Shown one piece after another: positions 23,932 through 32,000 of a stretch of 32,000 bases of DNA. Below the pieces are notes generated by a model. It saw nothing but the letters and a program-made list of their open reading frames with translations. It was not told where the DNA came from and searched no databases. Location: NCBI RefSeq assembly GCF_001545095.1, contig NZ_CP013213.1, positions 690,001-722,000 on the forward strand, in the 5' to 3' direction. This stretch comes from Erysipelothrix larvae (GTDB taxonomy: Bacteria; Bacillota_I; Bacilli_A; Erysipelotrichales; Erysipelotrichaceae). Numbering within the stretch: the stretch's first letter is position 1; each line of letters begins with the position of its first letter. The translations under genes and the position numbers were made by a program.

Positions 23932-25665
23932 ATGCGAAAAATTGGACTCATATTAGGCATGTTATTGTTGTTTGTGGGGTGTTCACAAGTGAGTGAACCT
24001 CAAGCGCAAGAAACACCAAATCAAGAGACTGAGACAGTAGACAGTGATGCATTGGATACATCGAATCTAAATATCTTGGATGCATCAACAATGTTCAGTG
24101 ATGATGATAAGGATACATCATTTGATGCAACAACCGCTTTGTCCCTTGATGTAGGGTCATTAACGAATGCTTCTTCAGTAAACGGTGTTACAATCAGTGA
24201 CGATTTTATTACCATTCAACAAGCAGGAACTTATGTTTTATCAGGAACAACAACACGAAGTGTTAAAGTGGATGTCAGTGAGAGCGAGAAAGTCCATCTT
24301 GTGTTCAATGGCGTCACAATTAATGCAAATAACTTTGCGGCACTCTATATCTACGAAGCCGATGAAGTGAAATTGACCATCGCCTCAAACAGTGTCAACA
24401 CACTTACAAACACGGGTGGGTTTAGCGAAGATGGTGATGTTAACGTGGATGCAGTCATCTTCTCACGTCAAGATCTAATCCTTAATGGTGATGGATCATT
24501 GAGTGTTAACGCAACCGATGGAAATGGAATTACGGGTAAAGATGATTTGAAACTGTATGGCACGTTAGTGAATGTTACCGCAACAAATCATGGAATCGAA
24601 GCAAATGACAGTGTTCGCATTGGTTCAAGCACTGTTGTTGTAAATGCAGGGCGTGATGCAATCCAAGCGGATAACACTGAAGATGTGACGAAAGGATATG
24701 TTTATGTTGAAACATCAAATCTAAGCCTAAACGCAGGAAATGATGGCATTCAAGCCAGTTCAGTCCTACAGATTCAATCTGGAGATTTCAAAATTGTAAC
24801 CTTTAATGGTGTTGATTCGTCAGTGGATGAGTCATTGGATGAAAGTTATAAGGGGCTGAAAGCTGATGGCATTGTATTTTTAGGAAACGGAACGTATGAC
24901 ATTAATACAGCAGATGATGCAATCCACTCAGGTATGGATGTCATCATTGATGCAGGAACTTATTCAATTAAAACCTTGGATGACGGCATCCATGCGGATG
25001 AAACAATCCAGTTAAATCGTCCCGTTATCACCATTTTAGAAAGTTATGAAGGACTTGAAGCAAAAGTTGTTGAAATTGATGGAGGTACGATATCAATCAG
25101 TGCATCCGATGATGGCATCAATGCATCCGATGGCACTACAACTTCTGGCGCACCGGGTCAAATGGGAAACGCGAATTCTGACCTATTGATTCAAATCAAT
25201 GGCGGACTTGTATCTGTTAATGCAGGGGGTGATGGCATTGACTCCAATGGCAATATCGAAGTCACAGGTGGTGAAGTGTATATCAGTACCGATGGAAGTG
25301 GTGGCGATGTGGGCGTTGACTATGATGGAACGGCTTCAATCACAGGTGGTATCATTGTTTCCACTGGCTCACAAGGTATGGCTCAAAACTTCACAACCGC
25401 AACACAAGGAAGCATTTTATATGGCGCTTCTAGTACCATCGCACAAGGATCTCAGATAAAGGTCAGTGACCAAGAAGGCAATGGATTGATTGACACGGTC
25501 GCAGCAGGTGACTTTAATTCAATCTTAATATCATCACCTGATTTTGCACAAAACGATACCTTAACATTAAGCTTGGGTTCCAATGAAACAACAATTACAC
25601 TCACCACTCTTATTACTTCCTCAGGTAATGGGAACCAAGGTGGTAGACCTGGGGGAAGACGATAG
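23932..25665 (+). CDS. Secreted lipoprotein with a parallel beta-helix-type repeat (Cthe_2159-like carbohydrate-binding domain family)
   Basis: Start refined to MRKIGLILGMLLLFVGCSQ (lipobox FVGC; SD GAAGGAAA). At least 8 repeats of the (D/G)(D/N)GI-x-(A/S) coil motif: GNGITG, NHGIEA, RDAIQA, NDGIQA, DDAIHS, DDGIHA, DDGINA, GDGIDS. Gly/Arg tail GNQGGRPGGRR. Confidence 0.65.
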   Translation: MRKIGLILGMLLLFVGCSQVSEPQAQETPNQETETVDSDALDTSNLNILDASTMFSDDDKDTSFDATTALSLDVGSLTNASSVNGVTISDDFITIQQAGTYVLSGTTTRSVKVDVSESEKVHLVFNGVTINANNFAALYIYEADEVKLTIASNSVNTLTNTGGFSEDGDVNVDAVIFSRQDLILNGDGSLSVNATDGNGITGKDDLKLYGTLVNVTATNHGIEANDSVRIGSSTVVVNAGRDAIQADNTEDVTKGYVYVETSNLSLNAGNDGIQASSVLQIQSGDFKIVTFNGVDSSVDESLDESYKGLKADGIVFLGNGTYDINTADDAIHSGMDVIIDAGTYSIKTLDDGIHADETIQLNRPVITILESYEGLEAKVVEIDGGTISISASDDGINASDGTTTSGAPGQMGNANSDLLIQINGGLVSVNAGGDGIDSNGNIEVTGGEVYISTDGSGGDVGVDYDGTASITGGIIVSTGSQGMAQNFTTATQGSILYGASSTIAQGSQIKVSDQEGNGLIDTVAAGDFNSILISSPDFAQNDTLTLSLGSNETTITLTTLITSSGNGNQGGRPGGRR

Positions 25666-25704
25666 TTATGTGTGATTAATTAAGTGTGATGTAAGTTAGG
25701 TATT

Positions 25705-25740
25705 AAGATGATTTACGCCAAATGTAAATCATCTTTTTTT
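25705..25740 (+). terminator. Strong intrinsic terminator ending the VTC operon
   Basis: AAGATGATTTAC / GTAAATCATCTT 12-bp stem, 7-nt loop, T7 run. Confidence 0.85.
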
Positions 25741-25937
25741 CTTGGTGGTGGTTGCGAAAGAAAGCTGATTTTAAAGTGATAAAATACGATACAATGAAAG
25801 AAAGTCACCATTTATCATGATTAATTTACAATGTGTTTATTCAAAAATATTAAATTCTTTGGACCACTTACCCAAAAAAATATGAAATTAGGCTGTGTTT
25901 GAAGTATAATAGTTTAGTGAATGACGAGGTGATTGTG

Positions 25938-26672
25938 TTGATTTCTAAATTAATTATAAATGCGGATGATTTTGGACTTACGCGAGAGGTTTCCCATGCA
26001 ATCATTGATGCACACGTGAATGGCGTGGTTACATCAACAACATTAATGGGAAATTGTGAAAAAAATGTATTAGTCGATGCGCAAGAGGCTTCGCGCAAAT
26101 ATCCCGATTTAGGGATTGGTGTTCACCTAGTTTTAACTAAAGGACAACCTATTTTAAAAACACATAAGACGATTGTAGATGGACTTGGAAAGTTTAAATA
26201 TAAAGCAGACCAGTTTGATGAGTCTGTGGATGTTAACGAAGTATATGAAGAATTCAAAGCGCAGATTGAACGAATTGCGCAAGTGATTGAGATTACTCAT
26301 TTTGATTCGCACCATCATGTTCATCTGGATCCATTATTTCAATCAGTTTCAAAACGTTTGTGCAAAGAATTCAAAATACCGATGCGTTGGAATAAAGCAA
26401 AAAAATTCCAATATGTCTATTGTTCGCATGGCTTCTATGACGAAACTGCGACCCTTCAAGGACTTCAAGAAATCCTACGCAAGCACCACGGTCTTGTTGA
26501 TGTGATGGTCCACCCGGGTTATGAAGATGATCCTTTCTTAGATGAAATCTCTGCATACACTTCAACGCGCTATGAAGAGTACAAGGTACTAACATCTCAG
26601 GCGCTTAAAGATTTTCTTGTGGAACATAATATTGAACTCGTGAACTATCGGTTTGTAAAGAAAACACCCTAG
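25938..26672 (+). CDS. ChbG/HpnK (YdjC)-family carbohydrate deacetylase
   Basis: LIINADDFGLTREVSHAIIDAHVNGVVTSTTLM, then HFDSHHHVH and VMVHPGY. Start probably TTG 25938 (or GTG 25935) after SD GAGGTG. TATAAT at 25905-25910 makes the listed 25899 start unlikely. Confidence 0.8.
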   Translation: MISKLIINADDFGLTREVSHAIIDAHVNGVVTSTTLMGNCEKNVLVDAQEASRKYPDLGIGVHLVLTKGQPILKTHKTIVDGLGKFKYKADQFDESVDVNEVYEEFKAQIERIAQVIEITHFDSHHHVHLDPLFQSVSKRLCKEFKIPMRWNKAKKFQYVYCSHGFYDETATLQGLQEILRKHHGLVDVMVHPGYEDDPFLDEISAYTSTRYEEYKVLTSQALKDFLVEHNIELVNYRFVKKTP

Positions 26673-26680
26673 GAGACCCT

Positions 26681-27079
26681 ATGAAATTAAAGAAAATATT
26701 TTATGTTGTTGTGTCTGCACTTTTTTTGGTTTTTGGATTAATTGGTATTGTCGTACCAGGCCTACCAACCACCCCTTTATTGCTCGTCTCTGTATTTTGT
26801 GCTGCGCATGGTTCGACTCGCTTTCATCAATGGATGATTCGCCAAACATGGTACAAAAATCATGTAGAATCCTATGTTGAATCCCGTGCAATGACGCGCA
26901 AATCAAAAGCAATTATCCTCGCAACAGCATCCACAATGATTGGTGTTGCTATGATTTTTGTAGGATATTGGCAGATTAAAGTGATGTTGATGATCCTTGT
27001 TGTATTAAAATATGTCTATTTCTTGAAGTATATTGAAACGATTGAACCTACAGTTCAAAAAGAGGGAAAACTTGAATGA
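26681..27079 (+). CDS. YbaN-family (DUF454) small inner-membrane protein
   Basis: GLIGIVVPGLPTTPLLLVSVFCAAHGSTRFHQWM is the typical DUF454 N-terminus. About 3-4 TM segments. Confidence 0.75.
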   Translation: MKLKKIFYVVVSALFLVFGLIGIVVPGLPTTPLLLVSVFCAAHGSTRFHQWMIRQTWYKNHVESYVESRAMTRKSKAIILATASTMIGVAMIFVGYWQIKVMLMILVVLKYVYFLKYIETIEPTVQKEGKLE

Positions 27080-28800
27080 TTAACTGGAAACTTGTCGGTT
27101 TAGTAAACACATCCAAACGTAGAATCAAACGGATTGTGTTATTAAGCAGTGGGGCTTTACTGATGCAAGGTCTTTTTCTACTTATAATTAAAACCTGGAT
27201 TGACCAAGGCTTGGCCATCAATCAAGACTTTATGTTTTTATGCGCAGGTGCATTACTCTTAATAATCCTAAAAAATGGCTTTAACCTATTTCGTTTTAGA
27301 CAATCTACTGCTTTAAGTAGTGAAGCAAAATCAACCCTAAGAGGGCTTTTGTTTGAAAAGATATCACGCATTGAACCCAGTCAGATGAAAACAATGAATC
27401 ATGCTGAATTGGGTCAACTGATGAGTGAGGGAATTGATCATTGTGAATTGTACTTTGGGTCCTATGTGCCACAATTTTTCTATGCATTTATTGCCCCCGT
27501 TTTACTCAGCATAATGGTGAGTTTTTTTAGTGTAAACGTCGCAATCTGGTTGTGTGTTTGTGTTCCTTTGATTCCCATTGCAATCATGGCTGTTCAAAAG
27601 ATTGCGAAACGTCTTCTAGAGAAATACTGGGGTTCATATACCACGATGAGTGATAACTTTTTGGATCGCTTAAAAGGATTAAAGACGCTGAAAATATTTG
27701 ATGTTGATGATCGGATGCAAGATCAAATCGATGCTGATGCAGAGCACTTTAGAAAAGCAACCATGCGTGTACTTATCATGCAGTTAAATTCAATCAGTAT
27801 TATGGACTGGGTTGCGTATGGTGGTGCATGTGGTGCGATAATCATCGCGCTCACTCAATATAACCGTGGGGATTTAACGCTTTCTGCACTCATTTTCATT
27901 GCTTTAGTGTCAGCGGAGTTTTTTATCCCAATGCGACAATTAGGATCATTTTTCCATGTTGCGATGAACGGAGCTCAAGCAGCACGGCGCATCTTCTCAA
28001 TTCTTGATCTTGAAGACATGAAACGCGATGTCGCCCTAACACAACTATCAAAAGGGTATCATCTTGATGATGTCACTGTACACTATGGTTCAAAGAACGC
28101 ATTGAATCATGTTTCACTGGATTTCACACTAAATCAAACCATCGGACTTGTAGGTGAAAGTGGGAGTGGAAAAAGTACCCTAGTTTCCTTATTGTCAGGA
28201 TTTAAGTCAGACTATGACGGAACAATCCTTATTGATGATATGGACATTCGCTCAATTAATCTTACGGATTTATACAATCATGTGGGCTATGTTGGTTCAG
28301 ATAGCACTGTATTTCAAGGGTCATTTCGATCAAATCTACAGATGAATGATTCCTTTTCGGATGAACTGATGATGAAAAGTTTACAAGAGGTTGGACTGGA
28401 TCATTTTGTATTAAGCAAAGGCGGTCTGGATTTTGTTCTTGAAACAGGCGGGGACGAATTATCTGTTGGCCAAAAGCAACGGTTGTGTCTCGCACGGTGT
28501 TTACTTCGTAAAAAAGCAGTTTATATTTTTGATGAAGTCGCATCGGGTGTTGATTTAGAATCTGAAATGATTATTTTAGATGCAATTCATACCTTAAAAG
28601 CACCCAACACCCTGATTATCATTGTGTCGCATCGACTCAAAAGCATTGAAGCGTGCGATGGGATTGTGGTCATGGATCAAGGACAGTGTGTTGGATATGG
28701 AATTCATGAGTACCTTATGAAATCGTGTCCAACCTATAAGAATCTTGTATCAACACAAAGAAAACAAGAGTTGTTCTTTGAGAAAGGAAATGACGCATGA
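27076..28800 (+). CDS. ABC exporter half-transporter, CydD-like (thiol-reductant exporter type)
   Basis: ATGA overlap with ybaN-like gene. TMD plus NBD: Walker A GESGSGKST, signature LSVGQKQR, Walker B YIFDEVASGVD, H-loop VSHR. The CydD assignment rests on pairing and layout only. Confidence 0.6.
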   Translation: MINWKLVGLVNTSKRRIKRIVLLSSGALLMQGLFLLIIKTWIDQGLAINQDFMFLCAGALLLIILKNGFNLFRFRQSTALSSEAKSTLRGLLFEKISRIEPSQMKTMNHAELGQLMSEGIDHCELYFGSYVPQFFYAFIAPVLLSIMVSFFSVNVAIWLCVCVPLIPIAIMAVQKIAKRLLEKYWGSYTTMSDNFLDRLKGLKTLKIFDVDDRMQDQIDADAEHFRKATMRVLIMQLNSISIMDWVAYGGACGAIIIALTQYNRGDLTLSALIFIALVSAEFFIPMRQLGSFFHVAMNGAQAARRIFSILDLEDMKRDVALTQLSKGYHLDDVTVHYGSKNALNHVSLDFTLNQTIGLVGESGSGKSTLVSLLSGFKSDYDGTILIDDMDIRSINLTDLYNHVGYVGSDSTVFQGSFRSNLQMNDSFSDELMMKSLQEVGLDHFVLSKGGLDFVLETGGDELSVGQKQRLCLARCLLRKKAVYIFDEVASGVDLESEMIILDAIHTLKAPNTLIIIVSHRLKSIEACDGIVVMDQGQCVGYGIHEYLMKSCPTYKNLVSTQRKQELFFEKGNDA

Positions 28801-30404
28801 AAAAGAATATCATCAATATGACGCGTCTTTTTGGTTTTCTTGGTGCGTCACGATTTAAACTATTTCTCGCCGCTTTTTTTGGAATCTTAGGGCATGTTGC
28901 GGCATTCTTGATTCCTGTTTTGGGTGTGTATTCTGCACTCACTCAAAACGTTTATCTTAAATCAATGATCGCCTGTGCGATTTTAAGAGGCTTGTTTCGA
29001 TATATTGAACAAGCACTTAATCATGAAGTCGCCTTTAGAGTCCTTGCGGAAATTCGCCACACTGTCTTTGTTGCATTGCGCAAACTGGTTCCTGGACATT
29101 TTGAACGCTATGGCTATGGGAATTTAATGACACTCATTACCAGCGACATTGAACTGTTGGAAGTTTTCTTTGCACATACAATATCTCCGATTCTCATTGC
29201 ACTTATCTTTAATGGAGCCCTTATCATCTATTTACAATCCCTGCACATTTTGTTTGCGCTTGTTGCACTGTGTGCCTATGTTTTGATTGGTATAATCTTT
29301 CCGCTCTATTTTTCGAATAAAGGGTATTCAAATGGTGTAAAAAGTCGCAATAAATCCTCACTAATTAACACGCTCACCTTAGAGAGTGTCTTTGGATTTA
29401 CAGATATTACACAATACAAAATGTGGAATGTGAAGATGGATGGGCTCAAAAAACAACAACACACCCTTAACTCACTCAACGACTCACTCAATCGCATTAA
29501 CGAAAAGAATCGATTCATCACTGATTCAACAGTTCTCTTATCCTTTGTGTGTATCTTGATGATTGGAAGTATTCTACATCTTGATATGACATCAACCCTT
29601 CTTGGCGCTACGATTGTAGTCAGCTCATTTGGGCCAGTCATCGCACTCTCAAATCTCTCGTCTAATTTACAGCATACGTTTGCCAGCGCAACGCGTGTCT
29701 TGAAACTTTTAGATACACCGCCATCAATGGTGCCAGTCACACAAGGTGATGCCTGTGACTATCTTTCATTTGACATGATAGCGTGTGATCTTGGATATCA
29801 TGAAACCCCCGTGCTTGAAGCATTTAGCCTTCACTTGGATCAAAGGGGGATTGTTGGTATTAAGGGTGCAAGTGGCAAAGGGAAAACGACGTTATTTAAA
29901 ACGATGATGCAATTGATCCCACCTCTAAAAGGGAATATATTATGGTCATCCCATGACATCCGTCGTATCAATACTAAAACGCTTCGAAAAGAGATTGGGT
30001 ATATGGAACAAGAGACGACTCTTTTCAAAGATACAATCGCTAATAATATCCGAATTGGGAAATGGGACGCAACCCATGATGAAATCAGTGAAGCAGCGAA
30101 GAAGGCAAACATCCATGATTTTATCATGACCTTACCCCAGGGATATGATACACTCATTAATAATTCAGTCTCATCGGGTGAAAAACAGCGTATTGGATTA
30201 GCACGCCTGTTCTTACACGATGCATCACTGTGGCTTCTTGATGAACCTACCAGTAATTTGGACAGCTTGAATGAAGCAGAAATCATGCAAACCATCGAAA
30301 CACTCAAAGACGAAAAAGCAATTGTGATAAGTTCACATCGTAAATCGACCCTATCGATTGTTGATTCTAAAGTAGATTTAGATCATATTTCTGGTACCAT
30401 GTGA
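28797..30404 (+). CDS. ABC exporter half-transporter, CydC-like partner
   Basis: ATGA overlap with the upstream gene. Walker A GASGKGKTT, signature VSSGEKQR, Walker B WLLDEPTSNLD, H-loop SSHR. Confidence 0.6.
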   Translation: MKKNIINMTRLFGFLGASRFKLFLAAFFGILGHVAAFLIPVLGVYSALTQNVYLKSMIACAILRGLFRYIEQALNHEVAFRVLAEIRHTVFVALRKLVPGHFERYGYGNLMTLITSDIELLEVFFAHTISPILIALIFNGALIIYLQSLHILFALVALCAYVLIGIIFPLYFSNKGYSNGVKSRNKSSLINTLTLESVFGFTDITQYKMWNVKMDGLKKQQHTLNSLNDSLNRINEKNRFITDSTVLLSFVCILMIGSILHLDMTSTLLGATIVVSSFGPVIALSNLSSNLQHTFASATRVLKLLDTPPSMVPVTQGDACDYLSFDMIACDLGYHETPVLEAFSLHLDQRGIVGIKGASGKGKTTLFKTMMQLIPPLKGNILWSSHDIRRINTKTLRKEIGYMEQETTLFKDTIANNIRIGKWDATHDEISEAAKKANIHDFIMTLPQGYDTLINNSVSSGEKQRIGLARLFLHDASLWLLDEPTSNLDSLNEAEIMQTIETLKDEKAIVISSHRKSTLSIVDSKVDLDHISGTM

Positions 30405-30470
30405 AAGCTTTGTGATAAAACCGGATTTCCCTATAATTTTAGTTTATAACTTGCTATAATTGTGAAGGTG

Positions 30471-30956
30471 ATGGTTTTGAGACAAAGTATATCAATGTTA
30501 CTCTTATTACTGATTATAACTGGGTGTGCACAATCGAATCCTTCGACTGATGCTACTGGCTTTTTATGTGAAAAACAGGATTATGGTTTGGTTGAAGTCC
30601 GTGAGTTAATCCTGGATAGTGATGGAACAATAAAGAAACTGATTTCTACATCACGCATTGAATTTGATGCCAGCCAATCTGCAGATGTTACAATCGAGGA
30701 TTATCAGATGTTCTTGGCCCAACTCTATGAAAGCCTTGTATCTCAAGATGATGGAATCAATTATTCAAGCCAAATCATTGAGAATATTATTGAAGTAATC
30801 ATGACCTTTGATATGGTTCAAATTTCAGATAGTACGCTTGTTTGGCTGGGGTTACCCATTGAAAATACTCAAAATCGCATTATCGTTGAACAATATATCG
30901 ATAACCTAGAATCAAACGGTTATCAATGCAAAACTACAACAGCTACCCTTGGGTAG
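30471..30956 (+). CDS. Small secreted lipoprotein, function unknown
   Basis: Lipobox LLLLLIITGCAQS. The start is ambiguous (GTG 30462, ATG 30471, or TTG 30477, which sits 7 nt after SD GAAGGTGA). TATAAT at 30453-30458. A weak hairpin plus T-run overlaps the stop codon. Confidence 0.7.
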   Translation: MVLRQSISMLLLLLIITGCAQSNPSTDATGFLCEKQDYGLVEVRELILDSDGTIKKLISTSRIEFDASQSADVTIEDYQMFLAQLYESLVSQDDGINYSSQIIENIIEVIMTFDMVQISDSTLVWLGLPIENTQNRIIVEQYIDNLESNGYQCKTTTATLG

Positions 30957-31006
30957 TTTTTTATTTCAATGGATACACGGTTGGATGTAAAATATTATTT
31001 CTTCTA

Positions 31007-31015
31007 TGGTATAAT
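31007..31015 (+). promoter_or_regulatory. Extended -10 element (TGgTATAAT) upstream of proC
   Basis: Exact TGnTATAAT lies 24 nt before the ATG at 31039. No good -35 box. Confidence 0.4.
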
Positions 31016-31038
31016 ACCCACAAGGAGCGTGATATATA

Positions 31039-31830
31039 ATGCGTATAGGATTTGTTGGCGTTGGTAATATGGGTGGTGCAATACTCGATGGGCTGATGAG
31101 TTCAGGGGCTTATCAACCAAAAGAAGTATCCATTAGTGGGTCAAACCCTAATCGATTAAAAGAACTAAAACTGAAGTATGATGTCGTGGTTTCAACATCC
31201 AATCTTGAGTGTGTTACATCAAGTGATATTGTATTTTTAGGGGTTAAACCCGATATTCATGCCGTAATCGCGCATGAATTTAAAGACGAAGTGAAATCCA
31301 GTGTTTTAGTATCAATGGCTGCCAAGGTATCGCTTCAAGAGTTAGAACGGATTTATGGTCGAGTGGCTATTGTTAGAATTATGCCGAATTTGAATGTCAC
31401 AATCCAAGAAGGAATTACTGCTATTTGTCGCAATCAGTATGTGAGTGATGAACATTATGAGGCAATTCAAACAATCCTTCAAACCTTAGGTGAGGTCGTG
31501 GAGATCGAAGAATCATTGATGAGTGCATTTATTGGTATTGCAGGAAGTTCTCCAGCTTTTGTATTTCGCTTTATCGATGAACTGATTAAACCCGCAATTG
31601 CAGATGGAATGGATCCAAAGCACGCCTTGCATATTGCATCTGTGGCAGTCAGTGGCAGTGCACATTATCTTGATGTGAGTGAAGAGAGCGCAACACAACT
31701 GATCAAAAATGTAAGCTCACCCAATGGCACGACGGTTGAAGGGTTAAAAATGTTGGATAAGTATGGATTTGATGAAACGATTGAAAAGGCAGTGGTCGCG
31801 GTTATGAAAAAAGATAAAGGCGAACTATAG
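31039..31830 (+). CDS. proC: Pyrroline-5-carboxylate reductase
   Basis: N-terminal Rossmann motif IGFVGVGNMGGAI, then MPNLNV, GSSPAF and the C-terminal SPNGTTVEGL motif. Confidence 0.9.
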   Translation: MRIGFVGVGNMGGAILDGLMSSGAYQPKEVSISGSNPNRLKELKLKYDVVVSTSNLECVTSSDIVFLGVKPDIHAVIAHEFKDEVKSSVLVSMAAKVSLQELERIYGRVAIVRIMPNLNVTIQEGITAICRNQYVSDEHYEAIQTILQTLGEVVEIEESLMSAFIGIAGSSPAFVFRFIDELIKPAIADGMDPKHALHIASVAVSGSAHYLDVSEESATQLIKNVSSPNGTTVEGLKMLDKYGFDETIEKAVVAVMKKDKGEL

Positions 31831-31838
31831 GGGGATTT

Positions 31839-32000
31839 ATGAGTTGTTTATTACGAATACAAGAATCAAGTCATGATTTTACAGATACAGAAAAAAAGAT
31901 TGCGGATTACATTGTTGTAGAAAAATCACATGTGATCAATTATTCGGTGCAAGAACTTGCGAAAAAGACAAATACTTCTCCAGCGGCAGTTGTTCGGTTT
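31839..32000 (+). CDS. MurR/RpiR-family transcriptional regulator, N-terminal HTH (3' end lies outside the window)
   Basis: ATG at 31839 follows SD AGGGGGA. The frame stays open to the window end: MSCLLRIQESSHDFTDTEKKIADYIVVEKSHVINYSVQELAKKTNTSPAAVVRF. Absent from the ORF track because no stop codon is in the window. Confidence 0.75.
   Translation, partial: MSCLLRIQESSHDFTDTEKKIADYIVVEKSHVINYSVQELAKKTNTSPAAVVRF

Noticed and set aside
1-32000. Search for CRISPR arrays, long tandem or dispersed repeats, IS elements, integrases, tRNA or rRNA genes and obvious compositional islands.
   Set aside because: I noticed no regularly spaced direct repeats, no transposase, recombinase or phage-like ORFs, and no terminal inverted repeats. 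By eye the composition looks uniform. GC content was not computed.

Overview
Densely coding chromosomal segment from a low-GC Gram-positive (Bacillota-type) genome. I call about 31 protein genes. I saw no rRNA, tRNA, CRISPR array, transposase, integrase or phage genes. Most content is envelope, transport or housekeeping. It includes a SpoU methyltransferase (3' end), a polysaccharide deacetylase and a phosphodiester-glycosidase/unknown/GT2-GtrA glycan module. It also has a PadR operon, sodA, a YutG/PgpA-like gene, a heterodimeric ABC exporter and a large sortase-type surface protein. The remainder is an amino-acid ABC importer with a divergent YerC-like gene, a ChbG/YbaN/CydDC-like cluster, a lipoprotein, proC and an RpiR regulator (5' end). 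Two loci deserve a second look. (1) 20408-25740: an OmpR-type two-component system followed by a VTC-domain / DUF4956 / beta-helix lipoprotein operon. Both promoters carry the same 11-bp-phased direct repeat at the same distance from the -10 box. This looks like a self-contained, functionally uncharacterised envelope module. (2) 5244-8183: an ankyrin-repeat protein co-transcribed with a divergent EF-G paralogue in which the catalytic His of the DTPGH motif is Tyr. A structured leader precedes the operon, and its 24-codon uORF stops inside an intrinsic-terminator stem. All functional calls rest on motif recognition by eye; no searches were run.
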